Assembly (NCBI GenBank): GCA_016748015.1
Contig: JAAOMT010000591.1
Span: forward strand, 72,160-136,159
Reading direction: 5' to 3'
Origin: Geosiphon pyriformis uo1
Taxonomy: Eukaryota; Fungi; Glomeromycota
Length of the DNA stretch: 64,000 nucleotides
The notes under the pieces are model-generated. The model did not search any database and was not told where the DNA came from. It worked only from the letters and a program-made list of their open reading frames with translations. Both the position numbers and the translations under genes were made by a program. Below are positions 23,640 through 38,200 of this stretch, piece after piece (the first letter of the stretch is position 1; each line of letters starts with the position of its first letter).

Positions 23640-26009
23640 AAAAGAGGAGATAATATTACTCATAGAAAAAGAAAACAGATATAAGAAAATAGTAGACCAA
23701 TAGAAGAGTAGTAGTTAGCACATGAGCACATTGCTCAGCAATGTGGAGTGATGTCAAGAAAATACAGCACATTGCTCAGCAATGTGAGTATTGCTTAAGA
23801 AATTATAATACATCACTTGGAAATGTGAGCAATTTCATAGAACCCAAATTATGTATATATAGTGGTAGCATTAGAAGTAGAAAGGACAGACCTTTCAGTT
23901 TAGATTTAATCTAAGCAATCTTCCATTCACAAATATCAATAAATAATTATTCACCATCTCAATTCACTCTCTACTATCAACATGAAGTGTTGATAGTAAG
24001 TGATACTTAACCACACAAGAACAATAGCTCTTGATCACAGCTATTAATAGAATACTAACTTGCAATTGTTTTTGTTTATTTCTTTAATTTTTTTCTTTTA
24101 TTTCTTTTGTTTTGTCATTTCATTGGTTTTACTAAACTTATTAAAAATTAAGTGCTGAGTTATTGACATCAAGAATAGCCTGGTAAAAGACCCCAAAGAA
24201 AGAGTATAGAAATTGAGAATTTAAAGATAGCTTACTAGAAGGGCATCTCTGCTAAGATTACTGGCCATCATGCTGAGAAAAAAATTCGACAGAATTGTGA
24301 TTCTGGGAGGCTATGAGAAAAACAACACTTGAATCTCTGTCTATTATACAAAAGACACCACAACAAAAATCTTCAGATATCGACACCAGAATACTAACCC
24401 AGCACCAAGTTACAGATTTGTTATTTGACTTGAAACCCCAAATAATCATCTGTAACAACGTCATAGAGACTGGTAAAAGACCTGTGAAACAAGGGTAGAA
24501 TATTCATAGATTTGAGAATAGCTTACCAGAAGAATTACTGGCCACCATGCTAAGAAAAAAATTTGATGAAACTGCAATTTCAAAAAGCTATAAATAAAAC
24601 AATCAATTAAATCTTTGTCTATTATACAAAAGACTCAACCAAAACCTTCAGACCAACAATACCTTTAGATCAATACTTTGACATCAATTAAGCATCAAAT
24701 TACAGATTTGTTATTTGATTTGAGACCCCAAATAATCATCTGTAATATTTGGTGCTCTCTGTAAGATATAATCCTACAGAAAACCAGCACCAACTACAAT
24801 CATTCCAAAAGTGGCAGAAACAGAAATAATAGGGACAAACCATTTAAGATTTGCCAAATCCTTATTCTAACAGTACAGCCAACAATTAGGACTAAGCAAC
24901 AATTATTATTCAGCAGAATTAGCCTTCAATTTTTACATCAATAAAAGAATCAAAGATTTTTTAGGAATACCAGTTGACATTAAATCAGCAAGGGAGAATT
25001 TCTACACAAAAGTAATCCAACACACCAGCATATCACAAAATCATAGTTTCATACCAATCATCAGGGAAATTAATCAAACCATTAAAAGATACACTCAACA
25101 ACAATTTCTTATTACCTATATAGACAAAAACATGGTGTTACAAATAATTATTTGGGGTCTCAAATCAAATAACAAATCTGTAACTTGGTGCTCAATATCT
25201 TGATAATGCTGGTAATACTGGTATGTTGGTTGTATCTGAAAGTTTTAGAATTGAGTTCTTTGTATAATAGACAGAGATTCGATAATAATGTAGTTGGTAA
25301 GTTGTTTTCCCAATTTCTGTTTTCAGTGTGGTGGCTGGTTTAATCTGGCAGTCGTGCCCTTCTGGTAAGCTATCTGTTAATATATATATTCTTACCCTTA
25401 TCTCTGGGTTTTTTACCAGGCTATTTGTGACATCAATAATTCAGTGCTTTAATTCTCAATCAATTAGTACACAACAATAAAATCAAAACAAAAAAGAAAA
25501 TAAAAATAAAGAAAAAGACAAAAAAATAAGTGAAAGTAATTGCAAGTTAGTATCCCGTCAATAGCCATGATTAAGAGCTATTGTTTCAGTGTTTTTTTAA
25601 GTATCAATTGCTATCAACATAAAGTGTTAATAGTGGAGAGTGGATGGAGATAGTGAATAATTATTTATTTAATATTTGTGAATGGAAAGTTGCTTAGATC
25701 AAATCTAAACTGAGAGGTCTCTAACTAAATAATTCTGTTTTTTCTACTTCTAACACTACTGCTATATATACATAATTAAGATTCCTCAATTCCTTAATTT
25801 TTTACACCAGGAATCCTGAAATTCCTTGAATCCTGCAATTCTTTTGAGAGAAATCCTGGAATTCTGGAATCCTGCAATTTTTTGTATAAGAATCCTGCAA
25901 TTTCTTTAAGAGAAATCCTGGAATTTCATATTTACTGTGCCTACTTCTGATTGGCTAATTTATGCTAGTATTCTTCCTATATTTTATGAGTAACATTATT
26001 CCCTCTTTT

Positions 26010-26646
26010 TTAATATTGAGCTCTGTTGAGATTTTCCAAATCTCCTAGCTCTAATTCTCTATTTTTGAGTAGTTTTTGAATCTCTTTTTTGAGAATTATT
26101 TGTGTTATTTTGTTTTGTAATTCTTCAAATTGGGCATTGGTTAATTTTCTTATTTGGTTAACAGTAACAGTGTCTATTTTAGTGTTGAGCAAGATTTCTG
26201 GCTGATCTTGAAATCCAGTATGTAGCCAATAAATGGCTTTTGCTTGTGTGGTTAAATTGTTTTCCCCACAAATTGTTTAGTTGTTGTAGTATTGTTGTGT
26301 CAAATAATCGTTTTATCTTATCTGTGTATAGATTTTGAATGTTCATGTGTTGTCCCAAGTAAAAGTAACAAAAGTTTCTTGGAAATTGTTGTATCCACCA
26401 ATTCCATGTTTCTATATTCAACTCTTGATATTGGGTGACTTTGGGTTGTGTTTCTATCACCAGTTTCACTTTTGCCATTATTTTGTCAATAGTGTTTTCT
26501 GTTTTCCTCTGTACTTTATCCCATGGCCTTTTTTTAGTGTTTGTGTATTTGATAGTTTGTTGATTGATTGTAATTTCCATTTTTTGTTGTTGAATCAATT
26601 GAAAGAGTTGTTGTGCTAGTAAGTGAATATTGTTAATAATTTCCAT
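26010..26646 (-). pseudogene. Element C accessory ORF3
   Basis: MEIINNIHLLAQQLFQ...FCYFYLGQHMNIQNLY...NLNRAQY*; one frameshift; TATATAAAG at 26687-26679. Confidence 0.75.
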
Positions 26647-26706
26647 TTTTCTGAAGTCTTCCATCATGTCTACCATGTCTTTATATACTCTTTTTATTGT
26701 TCAATT

Positions 26707-28083
26707 TTATGTGTTTGGTCTGATGATAATAATTGGTTTCAGATCTTGTGGAATCTTATCTGGTTGTACTAGTATTCTCTGTACTCCTAATTGTGGAATA
26801 TTATTGGTAGATGATAATACTATATGGTGATATGGTTTCAATTAATCACTATGTGCTGTTTTGGCTAAGATTTTGTTGTCCCATCTTAATTTATAAGCTC
26901 TATTTCCAAGAATTTCTTCTATGTGAAATGGTCTGTCCCATTTGGGATCAAATTTTCCACTCTATTGTTTTTCCACTTTAATATGATATAAAAGTACTTT
27001 GTCTTCAATCTTGAATTTAACTGGTTTATCTGATAATTGGTTATCATGTCTTTCTTTTTGTTTTTCTTGTAACTTTTGTATGTTGTCAACTGCTTTTTGT
27101 CATCTGTTTTCTAGTGTTTCCATTAAGTCATATGTTTTTCTCAACAATGTTCTTTGAAAATTTTCTTCTGTTATTGGTTTTGTTAGATATGTTTTGACTT
27201 TTATCTCAACTGGTAATGTTGCTGTTTTATCATATACTAATTCAAATGGTGTTGCTTGTATAGTGTCTTGTTTTATTGTTCAATATGCAAATAGTACTGA
27301 TAATATGATTAAATCTCATTTGTCCTGGTTTTTTTAGCTGATTTTGGCTATTGCCTTACACAGTGTTTTGTTGAACTTTTCAACTAACCCATTTGTTTGT
27401 GGATAGTATGGTGATGATAGTGGTTTTTTTATTCTAAATCTTTGGCTTAATTCTGCTAATGTTCTATTCACAAAGTGAGTTTTTTGATCAGATAATAATT
27501 TTTTTGGACATCCATGTCAACAGATCAGATTTTGATTAACGAATTTGGCAATGAATTCTGCATCTGCTCTTTGAATGGCTTTTGCTTCCAGCCATTTAGT
27601 AAGATAGTCTATGGCTACTGCAATATATCTGTTGTTTCTGCTGGTGATTGTTAATGGTCCAACTAAGTCAATTCCAATGTGATTGAATAATTGTCTCACT
27701 TTGATTGGTCTCAATGGTTTACTGGGTTTTGTTTCTCTTCTTTTCTAACAAACATCACAATTTTGAACATATTGGATGATGTCTGGATATATTGATGACC
27801 AATAGTATTTTTTTCTGGTTCTTTCCATGGTTGCTTTTTTATGAAAATGTTCTTCTGTTAGATCTGAGTGTATGTTGAATAATATTGTCTCTTTCTCTGG
27901 TTCTGTGATTACTCTGGTTGGTTGATCTGAATTTCTTCTGTTCTTTTGGTAAAGTATATTTTGATAGTTGATAAAATATTTTGATTGTTGTTTTATGTTT
28001 CTTTGTTCTTGTTGAGATAATTTCTCCTTGAACAATTGGGTATTTATATAATGTTGTAGTTGTTGGTATTTTTGTATATTCAT
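26707..28083 (-). pseudogene. Element C integrase
   Basis: HSDLTEEHF...CDVC, IGIDLVGPL, DYLTKW. Confidence 0.9.
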
Positions 28084-28114
28084 CTTTTGTTATATTTTTG
28101 GGTTAAAATGTTTT

Positions 28115-31100
28115 TAGATTTGTTTTATTTGTGACAATTTGTCAGCATTTCCATTTTCTTTTTCTTTTTTATAATGTACTGTATAATTAAATAGAAAGTT
28201 TTATTTTCCATTTGGCATGGCGATCATCTGCAAATTTTTGTTTCTGAATTAAAGTCAATCCTTTGTGATTGATGTATACATCAAACTTTTGGCTCAAGTA
28301 CTCTTTCCACTTGATAACAGCCCAATAGATAGCTAAGTGTTCTAGTGCTGGAGTCCCATAGTTTTTTTCAGTTGGATTTAAGCTTCTATTGACATAAGCT
28401 ACTGAATGCTCTCTTTTATCTGGTTTTTTCTGTGATAGTACTGCTCCCAATGCTTGACCAGATGCATCAGTTGTTATTATGAATGGCTTGCTATGATCTG
28501 GATAGATTAATATTGGAGCTTGAATAAGCTTTTTTCTTAATGTATTAAAAGCTTCTTGCTGAGTTTCTGTCCATTCATATTTGATATTTTTTGTTTGGAG
28601 TTGATGTAATGGTTGAGCTATTTTGGAAAAGTCCTTGATAAAATGGCAGTAGTATTCAGCAAATCCCAAGAATGCTCTTAATTTTGTAAGATTATTTGGT
28701 ACTGGAAAGTTTTTGACAATTTCAATTTTGTTTGAATCTGTTTTGATTTCATCTTTGTTCACAACATGTTCCAAAAACTTGAGTTCAGTTTTTCCAAAGA
28801 AACATTTGGTTGCATTTAGCTTTAATCTGACTCTTCTTAGTCTTTCAAACACTTATTAGAGATAATGCAAATAATCATTGAATGTTTTTGAGAACACATT
28901 GGTGTCATCCAAGTATATGACGACTGATTTTCATAGTAGCCCAATATAAACAATTTTCATAAGTTACTGGAAAGTGGCTGGAGCATTTATCAAGCCAAAT
29001 GGCATTACTTCGAATTCAAAGTTTTTTTCTTGAGTTGTGAAAGCTGTTTTCTTTTTGTCTTCTGGTTTCATGGCTACTTGTCAGTAACCACTATCTAAAT
29101 CCAGTGTTGAAAATCATTTATTTTCTCCAAAAGCATTAAATAGTTCTTGGATCTTTGGAGTTGGATAGCTATTACCTTTAGTTACTTCATTCAGTTTTTG
29201 ATAATCCACACAAAAATGAATCTTTTCATTCTTCTTTCAGACTAGTACTACTGGTAATAACCATGGACTCATTGATGGCTGAATTAGTCTGTTGTCAAGC
29301 ATTCGGTTAATTTTTTGACAAATGATTTTATGGCTGGTTGGTAGTACTCTATATGCTCTTTGTTTTATTGGCATTGCATCTCCAGTCTTGATCTAATGCT
29401 GGATTATGCTAGTTCTGCCAAATTCATCTTCACTGGCAAAGATGTCATTGAAATTGTTGAGTAACATCTTGAGTTGCATTTGTTAAAGTGGGTCTAAGTT
29501 TCCTAAATTTATTTGTTCTAATTGTTTTGGTTAGAGCAGATAATATTTGCTTTGTTTATAAATGGTTTGTAATGTGATATCCACATATTCACAAAGCTGT
29601 GGAAAATCTGGAATGTAGTTGGATTGTTGATTCTCAACTTCAGTAGTTAAGTATTTGATGATGGTTTCTTTTGGTATCTCAATGACATCTTTGGTTGTAT
29701 TGTAGATGAGAATTTTGATGTTTTTGGGACTTTTGGCTGATATATAAAAATTAGTGAGTCCAATCTTTCTTGATTCACATATGTTGGCTTCTGCTTCAAA
29801 CAATTGAGCTTGATCCTTTACTTTTCTTTTTATAGCTAACATATACTGATCATATGGTGGAATGGAAATTGATTGACGGGTGGAAATAATTTCTCCCTTG
29901 TCAATAATTTCTTTCTCTGCCATATTGACTAGTACATCTATTCTACCTATGGATCCGAATTCTTGTATCTTTCTTGCTGTTATTCTTAATTCTTCTCTGT
30001 TTTTCACTGACACTAACTGAGCTACTTTCACCAGAGATAAGAATATTGTCTGGGCTATCTTTTCATTTGGATTTATGGTATATGCTTTTTCTGAGTCATT
30101 TTGTAGCATTACAATGATATTTTCTATATATCCTGCATCAATTATTTCTCTTCTGATGTTGATTCTCTTTTTAGCTAAGCTACTTTTAGATGCTAATTAT
30201 ACTATTGTTGTTGCTGGAATTTTCAGTGCTATTTTGAGATCAATACAGGTGCATGAATAGGGTTCCAATTTGATGAGATCTTTTCCTGGATATTTCAGAT
30301 CAAACCCTACATTTGTATCATGCACACATTCTGGCATGATGCTTTCATTGTTGTTGCTATACCATCTGAGTTCCTGTTCTTTGAAAAGATCAGGAAGTGC
30401 AATGTATGTTTTGGGATTTGAATTGGAATCTGAATTGCCATTATTTTTCTTGTCTAATTGAGCAAAGCTGGAACCATTGTTTTCATCATCATCATTGTCA
30501 AAGTTTGAATTAGAATTGAAAGTTGATCTTAATTCCAATACACAGCTGCTGATTAATTCTTCTTCTTCTGGGATCATATAGATCATGCAGATCAGTGGAT
30601 TGTAAATGAGATTACACTCATTACAATTTTGAAAGTTATAGAAAATTAAACAATGTTGATATAATCAAGTATTCAACTGCTCTAAACACTGCTCTTATTC
30701 TTCCCTAGTGAGTACTAAATGCTGGTAATATTCATGAAATTCTTCTGGGTTGTCTTCAATGTTGCCAAAGACATTGAAGGTTTGGATGTATTCAGGTTTA
30801 GGAAAAGATAGAAGATTGTTTTTGATTTCCAGTAGTTTGCTGGTTGTCATGCCTTCTGGTTTTGCACTCGCCATTCTTCATAATTCGTGTTCATTGTGAG
30901 AGTATTCTTCCAATTGTCACAATGCTTATTTTCAGGTGTTATCAATTGGTATGCTCTTGTGTACCCAGTTGTTAATTAAGATTGTATACTGACACATTTC
31001 ATTGCACATTCTTCTTCATCCAGAAATGTTATTCCACATTCCTTTGTCTGGGAAAGTTTCTTCACAAGCCAAACATAGTTCATTGTCCTATTTTTTAACT

Positions 31101-34100
31101 TGTTTTGGTCTTCCAAAGCATTTAATAATACATGGGTGGTAATAGAATTTGGTTGCCAAAGTGTACTCCTTATCATTGCCATAACAAGTGCTCATTGATA
31201 ACAATTTCTTACTATAATCAATACATATTAGTTTTGGGTGGTGATAAGTAGATTGTTGGAGTGTAGTGTAAAAATTATAAGTAGTAGTGCTGTTGGGTGT
31301 TGGTTCTTCTTCTTTCCTCTTTCTTTTTCCCTTTTTATTTCTTTCTACTTCCAATTTATTAGTTTTTTCTGGTTGTTGTCAGTTTTCCAGACTTGGTCGG
31401 TGTTCCAAGTGAGTTCTTCTTTCTGTTTTCTTTTGTTGTTGTCATCTTAAGATAGTATTGGTGGTAGTTTGTTGTGGTTGCTGTCAGCTCATAAGACCTG
31501 ATAAGCTTCCCAAGTAGGTTTTTTTTGAAGTCAATGAGTGGTTGTGTCTCAATGCTGGATTTGAAATAGCTACATATTGCTGGTACTCGTGTGTGTCAGC
31601 TGTTCTGACTGATTTGCAACTTTTGTGTTGTTCAGTTAAATGTCATGTTGGTTTTGGATAGCCAGTCATTACCAACTAGAGCTTGGTACTAAGTAGCTTT
31701 CATGACCAGAATTTTGATTGATACTGTAATGCCATTGACTTCAATTGGAAAGTTGTTTATTTCACCAATAGGAATTTTAGTCATTCCATCAGCTATAATG
31801 ATTCTGGCACTGGCAATATGGTCAACTTGACAACCTAATTGATCCATGAATTGCTTGGTAATGATGCTGCCAACTGATCTACTATCTAGAATCAGTTTGA
31901 TGGTGTGACCATTAACTTTTGTGTCAGTATATATGGTGGTGATTGGTTTGGTATCAAGAGTGGCTCCACTGAATAATGAGACTGGTGTGGTTTTTTCGAG
32001 TTTGAAAGAAAAAATAGCTGCTAAAGATTCGTCATTGGAGATGGTTGCTGATAAGATATTGCTAATAAGTGGCTGTTTCTAATTGGGTTCCAAATTGTTA
32101 GAGATGGCATCTTCTAGGGTAACCAGAAGACTTAAATAGTGTTGAAAATTCGGATTTTGGGTGTGCTCAGTTCTCAAATTCTGAGAGTGTGGTTCTGTTG
32201 GTTGGTGCGAGAAACTGGGGATCAGTTGGTAAACAACCATTGCTGATCTCCAGTTTTGAGTGACTCTTGATCTGGGATTTTTTGATGTTATTTAAACTGG
32301 GTTTGGTGGCAGTGTTTGAAGTTGCTGGGATTAATAAATTACTGGTGGCTGCAGTTGATATGTTGCTGGTGACTACAGTTAATAAATTGGAGGTTAATAT
32401 ACCAGTATTTGATAAATTGGCTGCTGTGTTATTGACAGGTAATTTTGATGATATGGCTCTGAGTTTGGTGGGTTATCCAGAGTTTGAAACTGGTAATTAG
32501 GGTTTCAATATTGATTTCCTGATCATTGGTTATTTAAGCAATGGCAGCAGTCAATTTGTAGGTGTTTTTGTTTACCACAATAGTAGCAAACATGTGTTTC
32601 CTGTTGCCACTGTTGATTGGTCAACAATGTTGGATGTAATTGATTATAGAAATGATTAGAGTTTCCTTGATTATTGTGTTGCTGTGGAGTTTGATAGATT
32701 GCTTGATTATTGTTAGCTAAGTATCTCTCTAATTTTTGATTTATTGTTTTGCTGAATTGCTTCAATTTGGAATCCAAGTCAGATGATCTGTTCATTACTA
32801 GATTTACTGCTTGGGCATAATTGGCCTCTAATTTAGTGGCTTCAAAATCTCTGGCATTTGTGACGACTGCTTGCAGATCAACAGGATGCATTGAACATAT
32901 GCGTTGTAGAATACTACTGTGTAATCCGCAAATGAACTGATTTAGGATCTGGGCCACTGTGAAATAATTGGCATCAATAGCTTGGATCTGGTGCAGATTC
33001 CTGTAAAAGCATCTTAAATAAGTAGTAACTATTTTAGTTTCCCTTTGTTTAATAGTAGTGAAGGTATTTACTAGCCTGTTAATGCTGTTATTGTTGTTGA
33101 AGTATCTTAAAAACTCAAATTTGAATGTATTGAAATTTTAGAGTTTGTTGACCAGGCTTTGGTATCATGAATTGGCAATATTCTGGAGAAAATATGGGAT
33201 GGCTTGCATGGCTCTGGTGTCATTTTATCCATTAGCCGCAATGGCTTTTTCTATGTCATTGAGCCATACTTGTGTGTCGTTCTCTTCTTCTGTAAATTTC
33301 TCGAGTTTTGTTATTGGGGCATAGACTATTGGATCTATGTTTAATTGCTGTGGTGATTGAAATGGTAATTGAATTTGGAGTTGCAGCAGTGGCTGTTATT
33401 GTGGAGCAACTGATGGTGGATTGATGACAATGACTGGAGGTAAGTGTTGTTGATTATTAATGTCAGGGTTTTGATCATTCTGATTTTGCTAATTTTGAAA
33501 ATTCGGAGTTTTGTCTTCCGGATTTTCTAAATTTAGATTTTGCTAAGTCTGAAAGTTTGGGATTCCAATGTTTGGATTTTCTAGAATCGGGTTCTGGTAA
33601 GTAAATTTTTGATCATCAGCTTCTTTTTTTTCCTCTTCATTTGATTCTGTTATCTTCCAAAGACTTGTGTTTCTGAAATCTGGTTGAGGTGGCAATAATC
33701 GGAATCCTAATGGTGTTGGTAATCACAATTTAAATTCTTCAAAATAATTATCATAAGTCTCTAGTAATTCTACTTTTTTTTGTTTACTTAAAATGGAAGT
33801 CATCCAAATGTTGATGTCATGTTTGATATGGATGTGTCTGTTGATAAGATATTAATGGCACTTCTGAGTGTATAGTGGTATGATGAATTGGTTGGTGATT
33901 CAACTCTGGTTTTCTTTCAAGTGGGTGGTTGTATCCTTTGGAGTGTTACTGCTGGTGTTTGCAGTTTTCTTTTTCTTTTATTGGCATATGTAATTGGGTA
34001 TTTTTGTTGAGTGTGATATTTAATTTCTTTATTGATTTCTGTGATGATGGATGCAAAATTGTGGTTTGTTGGTAGGCTAGTGTTTTGAATTAATTTATTG

Positions 34101-34330
34101 TAAAAGGTTTCTCTTGCTGATTTAGTATTTACTGATGTTTCTAACAGATAGACAATTCTTTCATTGACATAGAAATTGAAGGCTGATTCTGCTGATATGT
34201 GATTATGGTTTAATTCCAAATGTTAACAGTAGTATTAAAATAAGGATTTTGCAAATCCTAAATGGTTTGCTCCTATCGATTTTGATTCTGTCACTTTTGG
34301 ATAGTTGTAGTCAGTGCTGGTTTTCTGTAG
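28115..34330 (-). pseudogene. Element C gag-pol (Gag, CCHC, PR, Cys-rich domain, dUTPase, RT, RNase H)
   Basis: CYYCGKQKHLQIDC, LILDS, dUTPase VGFDLKYPG...IDAGY, YLDDT (~28905), TTDASGQALGAVL. Confidence 0.9.
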
Positions 34331-35237
34331 GATTATACCTCACAGAAAGCACCAAATATTACAGATAATTATTTGAGGTCTCAAATCAAATAACAAATCC
34401 GTAACTTGGTGCTCAATATCTTGATAATGTTAGTAATACTGGTATATTGGTTGTATCTGAAAGTTTTAGAATTGAGTTTTTTGTATAATAGACAAAGATT
34501 CAATGATAATGTAGTTGGTGAGTTGTTTTCCCAATTTCTGTCTTCAACATGGTGACTGGTTTAATCTGACAGTCATGCCCTTCTGATAAGCTATCTATTA
34601 ATATATATATTCTTATTTTTATCTCTGGGTCTTTTACCAGACTATCTATGACATTAATAATTCAGTGCTTTAATTTTCAATTAATTAGTACACAACAATA
34701 AGATCAAAACAAGAAAGAAAATAAAAATAAAGAAAAAAATAAAGAAATAAGCAAAAACAATTGCAAGTTAGTATCTTGTCAATAGCCATAATCAAGAGTT
34801 ATTGTTCCAGTGTTTTTTTAAGTATCAATTGCTATCAACACTTTATGTTGATAGTGGAGAGTGAATGGAAATAGTGAATAATTATTTATTTAATATTTGT
34901 GAATGGAAGGTTGCTTAGATCAAATCTAAACTGAGAGGTCTCTAATTAAATGATTCTGTCTTTTCTACTTCTAACACTACTGCTATATATACATAATTAA
35001 GATTCCTCAATTCCTCAATTCTTCACACCAAGAATCCTGGAATTCCTGGAATCTTGCAATTCCTTTAAGAGGAATCTTAGAATTCTGGAATCCTGTAATT
35101 CCTTGTTTGAAAATCCTGAAATTCTTAGAATTCTGCAATTCCTCTAAAAAAAATCCTGGAATTTAACATTTACTGTGCCTATTTCTGATTGGCTAATTTA
35201 TGCTAGTATTCTTCCTATATTCTATGAGTAATAACAA

Positions 35238-38200
35238 GAAGATTGTAAACATCAGCAATAACACCCAAAAAGATACAACCACTTACTTGGAAGAAAACTA
35301 GGGTTGAATTACAACCAACTTATCATATCACTATACACTCAGAAGCACTATTAACATTTTATCAACAGATGTATTCACATCACATACAATATTAATATTT
35401 AGATAACTCCTATTTCAAAGTAAACAAAAGAAAGCAGAATTACTAGGAACCTATGATGATTATTTTGAAAAATTTAAATCACAATTAACCATCCCATCAG
35501 AATACTGATTACTGCCATCTCTACCAAACTTTGGAACAGCTGACCTGTGGGAGGTAATGAAATCAGAAGAGGAGGAAGAAAAAGAAGCCAAAGATCAGGA
35601 ATTTACTTACCAGAACCCGATTTTAGAAAACTCAAACATCAAAACTCTAAACTTTCAGACTCAGCAAGATCCAAATTTAGAAAATCTGGAAGTCAAAACT
35701 CCGAATTTTCAAACTCAGTAAAATCAAAACAATCGAAACTCTGACATTAATAATTAACAACACTTACCTCTGGTAATCATCATCAATCCACTACCAATTG
35801 CTCCACAACAACAGCCATCACTGCAACCCCAAATTCAATTACTACTTTAATCACTACAGCAACTAAACTTAAATTAAATGGCTTTCACTCTAATAGCAAA
35901 ACTCAAAAAGTTCATTGGCAAAGAAGACAATGCTTAAGTATGACTGAATGATGTGGAAAAAGCCATCACAGTCAACAGATAAAATGATGCCAGAGCCATG
36001 CAAGCCATCCCCTATTTTCTCCAGAATACCACCAATTTATTGTACCAAAGCTTGGTTAACAAACCCCAAGATTTCAATGCATTCAAGCTTGCATTTCTAC
36101 AATATTTTAGCAATAATAATAGCATCAACCAATTGGCAAACACTTTTATCACCATCAAGCAAGGAGAAAATAAAGCAGTCACTACTTACTTAGAATGCTT
36201 CCACAGAAATCTGTGCCAAATTCAGACCATACAGGCTGATTATTTCACAGTACCACAAATCTTAAATCAATTCATTAAAGGCCTGAGCAGTAACATTTTT
36301 TAATGTGTACATCCAATGCATCTGGCAGATCTTCAAGCCACCATTACAAATGCCAGAGATTTTGAAGCAGCTGAACTTGAAGTTAACCATGCTTAAGCCA
36401 TTAATCTAGTGATGAACAGATCATCTGAATTGGATTCTAAGTTGAAACAATTTAATGATTTCATTAACCAAAAATTAGAGGAATACTTAGCTAATAATTA
36501 GGCAATTTATTAATCTCTACAACAATGCAATAATCAAGGAAATGCAAATCATTTCTAGAATCAGTCACATCTATCATCCTTGACCAATCAACAGTGGCAG
36601 CAGAAAATGCATGTTTGCCACTACTGTAATAAACAAAGACATTTGAAAATTGACTGCAGATTAAGAATAAATAACCAATGATTGGGAAATCAATATCGAA
36701 ACCCTAATCACCAGTTTCAAACTTCAAAATATCAATTTAATCCAGAAATATATCAATTGAATTACCTACCAGTAATGCAACTGCCAATTTATCAACTACC
36801 AGTATATTAAGCTCCACTTTATTAACCAGCAGCATCAGTTATTTATCAACCACAGCCACAAATAATATATCAACAACCACTGATTCTAATTCTATCATCA
36901 AACTCAGCTCAGATAACATTTAGAAACTTCAGATCAAGAGTCACCCAAAACTGGAGATCAGCAATAGTTGTTTACCAACTGATTTTCAGCTCATCTAACC
37001 AGCCATCAGGATTATGACAGCAGAGTTCAGGAACTGGGTATACTCAAAACCCAAGTTCCCAAAACTATTTAAGTCTCCTGGTTATCCCAGAAGATGTCTC
37101 ATCCAACAACTGGAAGACAAACCAGAAATCACTTACCAGTAACATACCACCAGCCACCATTACAGAAGACGAGTCACTTGCAGTTATATTTTCTTTTGAA
37201 ATAGAAGAATCATTAGCAATTTCTTTGTTCAGTAGAGCTGTATTCAAGGAAAAACCAATTACTGCCATATATACTAATACCAAAGTAGATGGCCATACTA
37301 TCAAACTCATCTTTAATAGTGGGTCAGCAGACAGTATTATCACACAACAACTTATGGACCAATTAGGTCACCAAGTTGATTGTGCTGCCAGTGCTAGAAT
37401 AATAACAGCTAATGGAATGACCAAGACTTCTATTGATGAGATTGATAATTTTCTCTTTGAAATAAATGGTATTATTACTCTAATCAAAGTTTTGGTAATG
37501 GAGACTATGCAGTACTAAGCACTAGTTAGTAATGACTGGTTAGTCAAAAAAAATGCCATGCTTGACTGGAACATGCAGAAATTACAGCTTAGCCAGAACA
37601 GTCGACATATGTGGGTACCTGCCACATATGGATACTTTAAACTCATTATCACGCCATTAGCCCCACTTATTAAATTTGAGAAAGAAAAAAAGAAACTTAC
37701 TTGAGAAGCCTATCAAGTGTTCTGGGTTAATGAAGATCACAATAAGCTATTACTGATACTCTTTTGGGACAACAATGGAAAAAAAAAACAAAAAGAAGAA
37801 CTTACCTGGAATGCTAACCAAGTCTGAAAAACTGACAATGATTAGGATAAATTAACAATAACTTGGAAGTGGAAAGAAGATAATCATAAAGGAAAAAAGA
37901 AAAAGAAGAAAAAAGATCCAATACCAATCACTACTCACTGTTCATATACTTATACACAATCACAATCATTTAATTATTATTGTCCAAAACTAGAGTGCAT
38001 TGATTGTGGCAAGAAATTGTTGTCAATAGGTGCATGCTGTGGTAACAATGAGGAATACCAGATGGCAACTAAGTTTTATTACTGCCCATGTCTCATTGAA
38101 TGCTTTGGAAGACCAAAATGAGTAAGAAAATGGGATAATAAGCCATGCTTGGCTTGTGGAGAAACTCTCCTTGACAAAAGAATGTGAAACAACATTCCTG

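Larger units (their letters stand above)
14402..24457 (+). mobile_element. Element B: full-length Ty3/Gypsy (family 1 variant) inserted in the 5' LTR of A
   Basis: LTRs 14402-15285 and 23654-24457; PBS 15288-15304; PPT ~23638-23653; TSD ATGT/ACGT; the A LTR sequence resumes exactly after it. Confidence 0.95.
25136..35233 (-). mobile_element. Element C: full-length Ty3/Gypsy (family 1) inserted antisense in the gag region of A
   Basis: LTRs 34357-35233 (5') and 25136-25995 (3'); PBS 34338-34354; PPT 25996-26011; decayed TSD ATGG/ACAA; A gag sequence continues across it. Confidence 0.95.
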
